A stretch of DNA of 59,657 bases, counting the filler, from Piptocephalis cylindrospora (lineage: Eukaryota), in the NCBI GenBank assembly GCA_003614145.1. It is 6 parts of 6 records of this genome, joined end to end, with 100 filler letters (N's around TTAATTAATTAA, not from the genome) between each part and the next. Parts side by side here need not be neighbours in the genome. Positions count along the whole stretch, not along the records: positions 29,907 to 39,765 come from KZ988063.1; positions 39,866 to 49,716 come from KZ988064.1; 4 more parts are not named here. One strand, 5' to 3'. Of this stretch, positions 36,701 through 47,552 are shown in pieces. The notes beneath the pieces were generated by a model. It saw only the letters and a list, made by a program, of their open reading frames with translations. It did no database searches and was not told the DNA's origin. The stretch's first letter is position 1. Each line of letters opens with the position of its first letter. Made by a program: the position numbers and the translations under genes.

Positions 36701-38551
36701 CATCCGGAGTGGCCAGATCCCCCTCTTCCTCCTCCTTTACTTTTGGTACAGGCCAGGGCGCTCAGCCACCTCTGGGCCGTCCTGCCTTAACCAAAAAGGA
36801 GGCTAAAGAACAGGCCAAGCGGGAGGAGAAGGAACGAAGAGTGGCGGCCAAGAGGGAAAGTCAATTCCAGGGCAAGAGAAAGGAGGAAAGTAATGGGGGT
36901 GGTGGAGGTGGGGGCTTCTGGGGAAGAAAGATGTTTGGGGGGGGGGGTGGGGGAAGTGGAGGATCTGGGGCTGGGGGTTCAGGCCCCACCTCCCGTATCG
37001 TCTTTGGCCGTACTCTAGAAGAGGCCATTGCCGTCGCCTCTGTCCGACCCGATTACCCTTGTCCCGCCGTCGTCTACCGATGTATTCAGTATTTGGAGGA
37101 GAAGCAAGCCGAGCTTGAGGAGGGTATCTACCGTCTGTCCGGATCCTCCAGCGTCATTAAGAAGCTCAAAGAGAAGTTTGATCAGGGTAAGTTCTTCCCT
37201 ACGAGGTCAAGGAAGAGAGGTGACTTGAGCACGTGTCCAACCCTAACTCACTTCCTCTCATTCATCTAGTTGGAGATTATAATCTACTGGCTACAGGAGA
37301 GTACCACGATGTACACGCAGTGGCTGGACTCCTCAAGCTCTACCTTCGGGAACTTCCCCAAAGCGTCCTGACCCCTCAGCTTCATGTGGACTTTCTCCGA
37401 GTTCTCTGTAAGTTGTCCAGTGATAGATCAAGTATCATTTTTCTCCTCATCGACTCATCCTCTCTCCTCTCCTTGTGTATTTAGCTGGGAAGAAGGCCAG
37501 GAGGGAAAGGGTCAATGAATTGGGCAGACTAGTCTCGGAACTTCCTCTACCCAATTACACGCTCCTTCGTGCCCTGATCTCCCACCTGCTTCGGGTGGTC
37601 TCCAATGCTTCGATCAACAAGATGACGGCTAGTAATGTGGGGATCGTCTTTAGTCCAACCCTTAACCTTCCTGCTGGCCTCTTCCACCTCCTCATGGCGG
37701 AATTTGACTATGTCTTCTTCGTCACCGATGATGGGACAGCCGCCCCAGTCATGCTGGATTCGGATGATGAGGAGGAGGGGACTTCAGCGGCAGCAACCCC
37801 CAAGGAAGCCAGAGTCAATGAGAGCTCAGATCCTTCTAGAAATCCCCAAGGGGAAATCCCCATGGGAGCTCAAGGCCCTCCTGGAGCTGAATCGATAGCC
37901 ACCCCTCCCTCGGATCCCAATCACTCCACTCCCCGCCCCCAGGAGGTTCACTATTCCTCGGGTCTACGGGCCAGGGGAGTATCTGGGGGCATGGGTGGTT
38001 CCTCAGCCAGGACCAACCGCAATAGCATGATCTATGCCTCAGTAGCCCCCGAGATGGTGCAGCGGGAACGGGGCCTTTCCCAGTCTATGCCTCAAGGCTC
38101 AGGCCTAGAGTCAGTGACTCCAGAGGAGGAGGAAGGGCAGGAGGAGGGTGAGGAAGAGGAAGAGGGAAACATTACCATGGAAATGGTCGAGGGGATGGGG
38201 GAGGAGGAGGGTGAGGGTGATTGGTCCGGGGAGTGGATGGCCGAAGACGTCTCCACCCCTTATGAGGAGAACATGCCCAGGTACGATGATGGCCATGCCC
38301 CTTCGGATCCCAATGCCTCCTACACTTCACATTCCTCCGCGTACCCCGAGGAAAGACCCGAGGCCTCAGAGGGTCTTGATCGTCTAGAGGGCCTGGTCGA
38401 GGAGGTTGGAATGACACGAGGACAGGGTCATGGACCTGATCCTGGTCAAGGGTATTCCCAGGACTATGAGCACCAGGGACACCCTGGGCAGGGACATGGG
38501 CCAGCCAATCCTCCAGGTCAAGGTTACCACCATCGACCCTCGAATTACTAA
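33731..38551 (+). CDS. BEM3: PX-PH-RhoGAP protein (Bem3/Rga2-like), with an apparent frameshift at C7 run 34570-34576
   Basis: PX-like MWRVEKGYAEF..PDKSLFSG, PH REGYLTKRGKNFGGWKTRYF..LCAESDEERDAW, and GAP with Arg finger EEGIYRLSGS, AGLLKLYLRELP and NKMTASNVGIVFSPTL. Introns 34074-34132, 35022-35098, 37187-37269 and 37408-37484. The start codon is uncertain. Confidence 0.88.
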
Positions 38552-38801
38552 TGATGCAGACGGGTGTGCGCTTGACCCCTCTTCTTTTTTTCTCTTTATA
38601 CTGGAACACTATATATTTTATCTGGAAATACACCCATCCTCGAGTATTTGAACTTGCCTTTTTGAGTAACTGCTATGGGACAAATGTTCAGTGTACGCGA
38701 CATTCTCCTTTCAAATACCCCCACGATATACTATCATCCAAGAACAAGAAACATGCGTATATATTCTTCAAGAGGATCTCACCTACTATCCCCCAGGTAC
38801 C

Positions 38802-39276
38802 TTAGTTGGATCCGGCCCCATCCCCAGCTCCTTGCCCATCCTCCTCTCCTTCGTCGTCTGACGACAGAGGCTCCTCTACTGCCCAATCCTCCCAGGCTAT
38901 GACATGAAGGGAAATGAGGCGCGATGAAGCAGGTACAACCCAAAACCCGCTCCTAACTTACCCCCATTGACGTAAAATGTGTATCCAAGAATGGTGGAGC
39001 GTACCCACTGGTTTAGTCCAAGCCTAGCCTCGGTCTCAACGGGCTCACCATCAAGAAGGATGCGGACGTGGGAAGGATCAGTGACGGGAGGTTCCGGATG
39101 CATGGCCAGAATCAAGGACTTTAACGTAGGAAGGGCAACAGGAGGAGGGGGGAGTGGGAGGAACAGGGTGTTCTTCCCATGCTTGGCCCGGACATAGGTT
39201 ATTGGATCAGTCTATGATCTAAGAGGGTGAGTGCTTATGCGGAAATGGATAGGATGGAGTGGACCTGGCTTACCAT
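38802..39276 (-). CDS. Small ubiquitin-fold protein, Elongin-B-like, 115 aa, 3 exons
   Basis: Exon 1 is the ATG alone (39276-39274), followed by GTAAGC intron 39273-39212, exon 39211-38962, GTAAGT intron 38961-38897 and exon 38896-38802. Phases are consistent. Product is MTDPITYVRAKHGKNTLFL..LKSLI..HVRILLDG..ILGYTFYVNGAWEDWAVEEPLSSDDE... Confidence 0.65.
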
Positions 39277-39710
39277 GGATGTAGGTAGGAAGAAACCTAC
39301 TTGGAGGATGAGGATAAGCTGGAGGGAGGACGAGTGGGTGGGAGGAAAGGGAGTTGCTGTCGACGGTCAACATGCACATGCCAGGACATCTCCCAGTAAG
39401 GATAGATCCAGTCCAAACATCGTCTCCAAGTATAGGCGGTGCTACCTTCATTGTGATCCTCCAAGAGAGGATAAGAAAGGCACACACTGACACAGGTCCC
39501 CGTCTCCTTTCTTCACATAAGGCCAGCTCTAGCAGCAATGGCCGGTCTAGTACTTGAATCTCTACAATAAATGAAACTTAATGGCTAAATTATCAAAAAT
39601 CACCCGGTTCCGGAAGAGTAAACGCGCTCAGGAAACCCCCGCATCTCCTCCCAGCTAAACACAACATCACCATCGCTGCACACACTCTCCCCCTTCCATT
39701 CCCTTCCTCA

Positions 39711-39756
<46 letters not shown>

Positions 39757-39765
39757 CCCCCCCCC

Positions 39766-39865
39766 NNNNNNNNNNNNNNNNNNNNNNNNNNNNNNNNNNN
39801 NNNNNNNNNTTAATTAATTAANNNNNNNNNNNNNNNNNNNNNNNNNNNNNNNNNNNNNNNNNNNN
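39766..39865. other. Artificial contig spacer
   Basis: N44-TTAATTAATTAA-N44. Confidence 0.99.
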
Positions 39866-41587
39866 GACCTTGTCGGGGGGGGAAATGAGGGATGAGGAGG
39901 ATGGTCCCTTCCCCGGGGGGGAGGGGAGAGTAAGAGACACGTAGGCAAGAGAAGAGATTAAATGATGATGACAATGATATTAAGAATTATTCAGGGGGGA
40001 AAGGAACGGTGTGAATAGTAAATAGACTAGGAGGATTTCACGTGTGTGCGGGGAGGGAAGGGGGAGAAGCAAGGAAGGAAATGAGGGAAGAAAAAAAAAA
40101 GAAGTAGAATGTCTGGATACGAAGGGAACGAGGCAATGGGGGGTTCAAATGGAAGGAAGATGAGGGGATGATAATGCAATGGGATGAGATATGTGAGATG
40201 GAAGGGGTTTGAGGGAGGAGAGGAGAGAAGGATTGAATCAGAAGCCTCTTGCTGCTTATATAAGAACAGTGGGCCAACCAAGCAGGGCTTAGTGGGCAGG
40301 ATCCCCTCTTTCCTTTTCTCCTCGCCTCATCCTTGATACTGGAGGGGGGAACGGGTGAGGGCTTTGCCACACCAGAAGGGATCACAGGAGGCTCAAAGAC
40401 GAGCGGGTTTTCCCCAATTCCTGACGGGTTTTGACAGGGCCGAGGAAGGAAGCTGAGAGAACGAGATGTGTGTGTGTGTGTGTGTGTCTTTCTCTCCTGC
40501 TTTTTGAGACACGTCTATATGCCTCAAGTCAGACTTCTGGCCAGCCAATCCATCCAGCAACAAGCACTGCTTACCAAGGGAAATAGTCGTTGTTGGACCC
40601 CCCCGTCTCTTGCTGCCCCTTCCGAACTTCGGAACGAGAAATACGCGGGCAAGGCTAGCATGGCATTGGTGGACGGAGAAGGTTCCCCGATGTTGGTATG
40701 TATGTATGTGTGTGAGGATGTCTTTGGTCACAGACCTGAGACTGGATGGGGGGCGGGCGGGCGAGACAGAGACGTGGCCATAGAGGCATCATTCCGAAGG
40801 GGCCAGAGGGAAGACGAGACCCTACCACAAGGGATAGAGTAAAAGATGGGGTGTGTCCAAGGCAAGGGAAATAAAACATGGCCGATCTCTCCCTACTTTG
40901 ATATGGGATAAGGGGAAAATATCAAGGGACCTCCTCGCACCATGGGAAAGGAGAGTATATTACTTTGGTGAGCTCAGGAACAACACTCTGCATTCATCCC
41001 TGGAGAGATGGGGAAAGAGAGAAAGGACATGTGCAAGATGGATGCAGAATGATGAGGCGGGTGCAGAACGATGAGGGGGATCTCCACGACACCCTTACAT
41101 GGGGGTCCCCCTCCCCTTCCAGGGTCAATGAATCATGGTGGGACGAGGGTTGCATCAAGCTCACCTTCCCTACCCCTGTGCTCGCGTACCCATGACAAGG
41201 AGGGAAGAATAGCGTCCTCTTCCTCCTAACGAGATCCACGAATGATTTTCCATGGTACTATTCCATACCGAGGCACTGTTTATCGTGTTGAAAGAATCAA
41301 TCTTACTCCACGATCGCATTCCGTTCAATCCATCCATATGGAAGGGTCATATCCTAATGTGCATATAGGGATAGATCGAGTCACCAACACGCGAGGGAGC
41401 GGCTCGCTCCAACCCTTCCTTCCATGCCATGTCACATTGTCTTTTATGGAGACGCGAGGGACACCCCATGAGGACACATAGAGCACAGCCTTTGACCACA
41501 TGCGTATTCATTCCATATTCAGCGCTGTATGAATCAGTCCCTCATCGCTTAAATCACTTGAATTAAAAACAACACTTTGCTCGTGCT

Positions 41588-42736
41588 CTAGGATGAAAGA
41601 TCAACCTCCTTTCGGAAGAGCCCAACCATGAAATCCTTGCCCTTGAGCATCCGCGTGATCCATCCACCAAGAACCATAAAGGGAAGGGCAAACACACCAT
41701 CATTCCGGCCAATGGTCACCATGATTATGTTGGGCATCTTTCTGTAGGTGGTGAGCTTGGGAGGGGAGGTGGAGTGGAGCAGGGCAAGAAGGTTGGTTGC
41801 TGCCAGAGCCCCCTGGCCCCTGGCAGCAGAGGCCAGGTCTATATCCGCATTACATACATCTCCCACGGCAAAAATGTTGGGATACCTGGAAAGCTGCAGG
41901 GTCGGCTCCACCTTCACATATCCTTTCTCATCCATTGTCTCAGCACCTAGGGAGGTCAGAAGGTGCGAGTTGGGGGCTCCCTTGGCCCATGCGTAGATCT
42001 GTAGGTCACTCTCCAGGCTCTTGGATTCCTCCTTCCCAGATGTCGTGACGGATGTGGCCTGGACGGTTCGGGTCGTGTGGGTATATCCTTGCGCCACCTC
42101 CTCGGGTTTCAGGCCCTTGACCTTGACATCCAATTCTACATTTACCCCCAAAGCTTGAAGCTTCCGAAGGGCTCGGACCCCAGTCTGGGCCTTGAATGGG
42201 CCTGGGATCAGGGCTGGTCCTGCATGGGCAAGGGTCACCTTCTTTTCCGGGAGATCCGTGGCGATCTCCCCGGCCAGCTCGACCCCCGTGGATCCTCCCC
42301 CGATAATGAGAATCCGATTGGCTTCCTTGATCCTCCCAGCCATGTCTTTGATCTCCGTGGTCAGGGTTTCCAGATCCTTGGACACGCTCTTCAGCGGCCC
42401 TCCATAGTTGGATCCCGTGGCCACGACCAGGTAATCAAACTGGAGCTCCTTCCCGTCATCTAGGATGATTTTTCCAGCTGGATGATCAATGGAAGTCACC
42501 CTTCCCCGATGGAACTTTACATCCTTAGGGAGGAAGGAGGTAAAAGAGGCCATAATCTTATCTGCTACCTCGGACTCCACAAAAGCTCTGGGGGTGGCCA
42601 CATTGAAGATGGCTCCATCCCTCTCATCCACTACTGTCACCTCAGCCTTCCCCTTGAGGCCCGGGACAAGTTTATCGAGAACGCTTCTTCCAGCAAAGGA
42701 ACCACCGACCATGATAATTTTTTTCTTCTCTGTCAT
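41588..42736 (-). CDS. AIF/AMID/FSP1-like FAD/NAD(P)H oxidoreductase, intronless
   Basis: IIMVGGSFAG, FDYLVVATGS, ILIIGGGSTGVELAGEI and NIFAVGD. 382 aa. Confidence 0.9.
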   Translation of the reverse strand: MTEKKKIIMVGGSFAGRSVLDKLVPGLKGKAEVTVVDERDGAIFNVATPRAFVESEVADKIMASFTSFLPKDVKFHRGRVTSIDHPAGKIILDDGKELQFDYLVVATGSNYGGPLKSVSKDLETLTTEIKDMAGRIKEANRILIIGGGSTGVELAGEIATDLPEKKVTLAHAGPALIPGPFKAQTGVRALRKLQALGVNVELDVKVKGLKPEEVAQGYTHTTRTVQATSVTTSGKEESKSLESDLQIYAWAKGAPNSHLLTSLGAETMDEKGYVKVEPTLQLSRYPNIFAVGDVCNADIDLASAARGQGALAATNLLALLHSTSPPKLTTYRKMPNIIMVTIGRNDGVFALPFMVLGGWITRMLKGKDFMVGLFRKEVDLSS

Positions 42737-43602
42737 AGTGTTGCCGTGTTTAATGTTGTTGATTGATAGTGAAAGTAGAGTTGGATGAGGTAGGGTTTAA
42801 GGTAAGGTGGAAGTGGGAAAGGGAAGGGGACGGTAGGTTAACTTTATAATCTTTTCGTCGTGGAGTGGCCTCGTGAGTGAAATATCCATAGGGTCTTTCC
42901 TCCACCACCTCTCAGGAGATGTGGAGGAAAAGAGAGGGGGCACAAGTCAGCATGGATCGATACACAAGGGGCAGGGGTGGGGAACACAAGCTTATCCTCC
43001 CAGGGCTGATAAATCTTTATCGGCTTTTTCTCCGTTATTCCGGTGCGACTGAGAGGATAATAGCATAAATAATATCTCCCTGCTTGCCACCTTCGCTGTG
43101 TGCGCCCCATTCAAGGGGACCATCTGCGTCTCTCTGTGTGTGCCTCTCAGAATATACTGACAAACCAGGTTAGTTCTTAGTCACACTCAGGGGCCTAACG
43201 GTGAGTCATCGATCAATCGGATTGGCTGGACCCTTTTTATGTGGTACTTTTCCCCTTGGCAGGTATATACTAATAAAGGGTGCTAGATTTCAGACAAGGT
43301 TTAAGGATGTATGTGTCAGCTACCGGCCTCCTCTCAATATACACACATTATGATTGCTCAGGACAGGATAGAATTCTGAGTCATCCCTTTCCCTGATAGG
43401 CTCATGCAACAGGAGAACCAATGCCGATCCAATCCAACTTAAAAAATCTTTAGCAACACCCCCTCCCCTCTTCCACACAACAATATGGCTCTTGATGGGG
43501 AAATGACGTATATTTTTCCCGTAGAGCATGCCTTCCGTCCAACACATTAATGTCCACCTGACTTAAACTGACCTGCACAACTGGACCAAGGCATATATTC
43601 CC

Positions 43603-45291
43603 TCATACATACCTTCTAGAAGAGTCCAGGGGCCGACCCCCGATACCAATGTGCCCAAGTTGATCACTAGTGTGAGAGCAATCGCCCACGGAATCCATAT
43701 TCTCCCGTAGTTTGGGATTTCTCCACATAGACCCAGCCGAATAGCCCTCCATAATGTGGGGATACTCGACGAGAAGACGGGCAGAGCAATACGTATCCAT
43801 TGTGTCCGTCCAGCGCCTCCGTAGGGAAAAGGCACTGAGGAGTAGGCCGCCTAGGCCCCAAAGAATCAGGGCAATGATCAGGATGACCCTTTGAGTCTCT
43901 TCTGGCTCTCGTCTCTGCACGGTGAGGAAGGCCTCTCCATCCACGTATTTTGTATCACCGTTGGTCAAGGAGGGAGCCACGGCCATGGCCTGGAACGCCC
44001 GAATCATCGACATTCTGAATGCGCCAGGTTTTAGAGGCTCATAGTTAAAATCTGTGGCTCCCGGGGTGTTAGTAAGCACCCTGGGATAGCCCAAGCCGGC
44101 CATGTATCCAGGCTGATCGATAACTGTGTTGGCCGCCCGATACTGCCATGCAAATGCTGCCGCGGCCAAGGGGTTTGCCAAGGGCTCCCCCCCCTGACTC
44201 ACAATTTCACTGTAGCTGACGGGTTCAAAGTCCAAGAACTTGTGATCCTTAAAATCGACTGTGGCGAACCCTAGGTGGGACTGTGCTTGGCATTCTACCC
44301 CTATCCCCCGTATCTGAGACGTCTGAATCCCGATCTTCTCACGCATCAGGACAGCAACATGCTGAATAGACATGTCCGTCTTGGCCTGGGGTGCGTTGGT
44401 GGAATCAATTTGCGCCCCGCAGATTGTTACGTTGACCTGAGCATTTCGCGCGCTGGTGGCATTCATCATAGGAATAATTGGGGGGCCTGCACGAGCCCGG
44501 CATTCGCCCAAGTCATTACCTTCCCAAGAAAACTCTTCTCCACACTCCAGCCATTGCCGCATCCCAAAAACTCGGGCTTTACCCTCTACCGCCGTCCCCT
44601 GTCCATAGAACCTGGCCCCATCCCGACACCAAGCCCCTTGGCATTTTTCCGATTGGTTTGACACATAACTTCGGAGCTGCTCGTCCAGGGTAAAGGATGT
44701 GGTCCATATCCCCCTACCGAGTGACATTTGCAGATATGATTCCACCGTCCCCATTTCTTCCTTTCCCGATCCGATGAGTGGGAGGGCCTGTGGGATAGTG
44801 ATGCTCTGGGGCGCCACAGGATAAGCTCGTTCAATGAGGAAGGGGATAAGGAGACTAATGGCGCTGAGGACGGCAGCGATCAACCAAGCCCCGCTCCGAC
44901 GGCCCCGACTCCGGATTAGGCTGCTCACCCAGCCAAAGGGCCCACTCCATGTCCCGTCGCTCAGTTCAAGAAGACTTGACCAGTTCTCCGGACGAATACG
45001 TGACCTGGTCAACGTGTCCACTAGCCAGGAGGCGATCAGTAGACCCGTCACCGGCCCTTGACCCTGAGTAAGTACTATGCCCATTACCCCGAGGAGTTTC
45101 ATGGTCCCCTTCCCCACATCCGTCCCTTTTCGCTTAACAGCGTCATTCACTAGTTCCAGTGAGAGGAGGTAAGAAAGGACATAGAGGATCCATAGGATAA
45201 AAATGACCGGCCGACTCCAGTATCGAAGTAGACGCCTTCCTTTGGGATGTATCGTCTTTGTCTCGGACGGTATGCTAGGGTGATTGGACAT
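43603..45291 (-). CDS. Uncharacterised membrane protein with N-terminal TM segments, a large Cys-containing loop and a C-terminal TM, 562 aa
   Basis: Long intronless ORF with hydrophobic stretches VIFILWILYVLSYLL, WLIAAVLSAISLLIPFLI and VILIIALILWGLGGLLL. Confidence 0.75.
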   Translation of the reverse strand: MSNHPSIPSETKTIHPKGRRLLRYWSRPVIFILWILYVLSYLLSLELVNDAVKRKGTDVGKGTMKLLGVMGIVLTQGQGPVTGLLIASWLVDTLTRSRIRPENWSSLLELSDGTWSGPFGWVSSLIRSRGRRSGAWLIAAVLSAISLLIPFLIERAYPVAPQSITIPQALPLIGSGKEEMGTVESYLQMSLGRGIWTTSFTLDEQLRSYVSNQSEKCQGAWCRDGARFYGQGTAVEGKARVFGMRQWLECGEEFSWEGNDLGECRARAGPPIIPMMNATSARNAQVNVTICGAQIDSTNAPQAKTDMSIQHVAVLMREKIGIQTSQIRGIGVECQAQSHLGFATVDFKDHKFLDFEPVSYSEIVSQGGEPLANPLAAAAFAWQYRAANTVIDQPGYMAGLGYPRVLTNTPGATDFNYEPLKPGAFRMSMIRAFQAMAVAPSLTNGDTKYVDGEAFLTVQRREPEETQRVILIIALILWGLGGLLLSAFSLRRRWTDTMDTYCSARLLVEYPHIMEGYSAGSMWRNPKLRENMDSVGDCSHTSDQLGHIGIGGRPLDSSRRYV

Positions 45292-46023
45292 ACTGATTAT
45301 AGGGTTATAGGGTTATAGGTTTTGGGGGCGGAAGGGGACAAGATGAAGAGGAGGAAAATTATGGTCGAAGGATGGAGGGAGTATGGGAAGGAGTCTCCAA
45401 GAAAAGAATGCCCTCCCCCCTCCCTCCCCCCCATCTGTTCTCTGTTTAATAGGGGATTTTGTGGCCCAGATTGAATGGATCAATCAGCATTTTCTCTCCA
45501 AAATGGAAAGTTTTAGGGAGTAAACCCAGCGAGGCCAATGTTGGACCAAGAAGCCGCTGTGGCGGGTCCCACGATAATGATGAGTCAGGACCAGGAGACA
45601 TAAGACCAGACTGATCTCCACGATCCCTATCCATTCTTCCACCAGGGTCCGCGACCACACATTGTCGGACTTGACACGAACATAGGGCAGTTAGCCTATC
45701 AGAGTGTTACTGCAGTTTAGTCAGCCAAAAATAGGTGGGAACGAGAGAAATTGTGGAGAATGCACTGCCTCAAGGGTATATTTTCACCATGTCCAAAGGG
45801 TTCAGATCCATACTGCTCCATAGGTCAAAGGTAGTATATGGATGTATAATTAGCACTCTTTTCTGCTGGAACAGGTGGGACAGAATTGAAAAAATAGCCA
45901 TCAATGATGATGCATATCCTGCCGTTTCACTCCAGTTCCATGTGCTCAACGAGAATGGAATCAAAAGAAACGGCCACACACGTCCAAGGAAGCAACTTGT
46001 ACTGTACACCCAGGTATTAAAAT

Positions 46024-46104
46024 GAGAAAGAGAAAGAGGGAAGGAAGGAAAGAAAGAGAGAGAGAGAGAGAGAGGGGAGGGAGAGAGAGAGGGAGAGAGA
46101 GAGA
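46024..46104. repeat. GA/purine microsatellite
   Basis: (GA)n and GGAA-rich tract directly downstream of the 46124 stop codon. Confidence 0.85.
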
Positions 46105-46123
46105 TCAGGAGGGGTCATGCACC

Positions 46124-47302
46124 TCAAGGCATTGAACCATCTGGCCGAGTTGTCCTAGGGTGTCTAGCCTCCCGATAAGCAGCCAAGGCGGGAGCTTCGG
46201 GGATTGAGGGATGTACCCTGGAAAGACGGACGTGATTTACTGGATGGGATCCAGGGGAGCTAGTGGACCTCACGGGAAAGTTGTGAAGGTCGTAGATGCG
46301 AAGATCCCTCCCAGATCTCCCCTCATCCTCTTGGCCTTCGGAGAGGCCAGAGGGAAGCTCAGTGCCAGCATAGTGTCTTGGGTAAGGAGAATTCTGGTGC
46401 CATCCTGCAGGACTTGTCCGGGGGAACCGAGGGGATGGGGCTCTTGGACGGTTAGCACCAGAGGGGGAGGTGGTGATGGTGGGGGCAGGGGAGGAGAACT
46501 GACGTGGCCCGAGGGCCCAGTCGTCACCCATGTCCATCTGAAGCGTATCCTCTCTCATATCCCCATCCTCCTCCTCTCCCTCCTCCTCCCTGCCCATGGC
46601 AGTGTAGTACTCAGCTGGTGGAGATTGAAGGACGGGACGAAAGGAAGAAGCAGGAGCAAGGGGAGGAGACGAGATAGAGGGGGAGATCTGGGCATCGGAT
46701 GGGAGCGAGGAGGTACGGTAAAAGGCATTCAGGGCTTCCTCTGTTCTCTCGTCCACGCCAGCCAGGCTCATCTGCACATCCATGGGCCTAGACGACGATG
46801 GCGAGGAAGGGAAGGGAGTGGAGGGATCCAGAAAAGCCACACGTTGGTCAAAGCCTTCTTGACGAGCTTGTCTTAGCGTTCCATCAGGGAAATGGGAAAG
46901 AGGACTCATATCCACGGATGCACTCCCGACATGTCTAACCCTATCCCCACGTCCACCGCTGAGCCTACTTTGGGAGGAGAAGGGTGAGGAGGTTGAGGAG
47001 CCGGAAGAGGCTCGGTAGGATCGCCGAAGGGTCCCATTGGTGGCCTCGGGTATCACGGACACTGGGCCTGAATGAGGCTGGGTGGAAGAGGGGCGTAGCT
47101 TCCGGTAACGCATGGCCGTCTCCTTGATGAGGAACTCAAAGAGTCGCCGGACAAACCGGTCATTCGGGTCCAGAGTCCGAGTAAAGTCCTCGTACGTGAA
47201 ATCCCAATCACTCTTCAAAGCCTTGCTTGATACTTCTTCAAATAGTGTTTGGCATTTCCGGTTGAGTTCCGCCTCTCCAGACAATTCAATCCATTTTCCC
47301 AT
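46124..47302 (-). CDS. Hypothetical protein with a ~70-aa helical N-terminal domain and a long S/P-rich disordered tail
   Basis: First ATG at 47302 (MGKWIELSGEAELNRKCQ..FLIKETAMRYR), open to 46124. Confidence 0.7.
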   Translation of the reverse strand: MGKWIELSGEAELNRKCQTLFEEVSSKALKSDWDFTYEDFTRTLDPNDRFVRRLFEFLIKETAMRYRKLRPSSTQPHSGPVSVIPEATNGTLRRSYRASSGSSTSSPFSSQSRLSGGRGDRVRHVGSASVDMSPLSHFPDGTLRQARQEGFDQRVAFLDPSTPFPSSPSSSRPMDVQMSLAGVDERTEEALNAFYRTSSLPSDAQISPSISSPPLAPASSFRPVLQSPPAEYYTAMGREEEGEEEDGDMREDTLQMDMGDDWALGPRQFSSPAPTITTSPSGANRPRAPSPRFPRTSPAGWHQNSPYPRHYAGTELPSGLSEGQEDEGRSGRDLRIYDLHNFPVRSTSSPGSHPVNHVRLSRVHPSIPEAPALAAYREARHPRTTRPDGSMP

Positions 47303-47469
47303 GTTCAGTGTAAGGCTAGTGAGGGGGGGGGGGAGGGGGGGAGGAGGAGACAATGCTAGTGCTTGGGGGTTGTGAAAATAGAGGGAAGACAGGTTCCAAG
47401 AGAGAGAAGGGAAGAACAGAAGAAGAGAGACTTTAGATCAAAAGCGCAAAGAAAAAAAGTCAAGATAAA

Positions 47470-47552
47470 GACGGGGACGGAGACGAGACGGAGATGAAGA
47501 CGGAGATAAAGACGGAGACGGAGACAGAAATGGAAACGGAGACGGAGATGGA
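47470..47552. repeat. Degenerate hexamer tandem repeat (GGAGAC/GGAGAT)n
   Basis: gacggg gacgga gacga gacgga gatgaa gacgga gataaa gacgga gacgga gacaga..., upstream of the 47302 gene. Confidence 0.75.

Noticed and set aside
842..39276. Apparent ubiquitin-proteasome gene cluster (ZUFSP, PI31, UBA3, FAM192A, Elongin-B-like)
   Set aside because: The genes sit on four different artificially joined contigs. Only ZUFSP and PI31 are true neighbours, which is compatible with chance.
45297..45322. Telomere-like (TTATAGGG)x3, also CCCTAACCCT at 16791-16800
   Set aside because: Too short, internal, and without supporting telomerase-RNA or subtelomere features.
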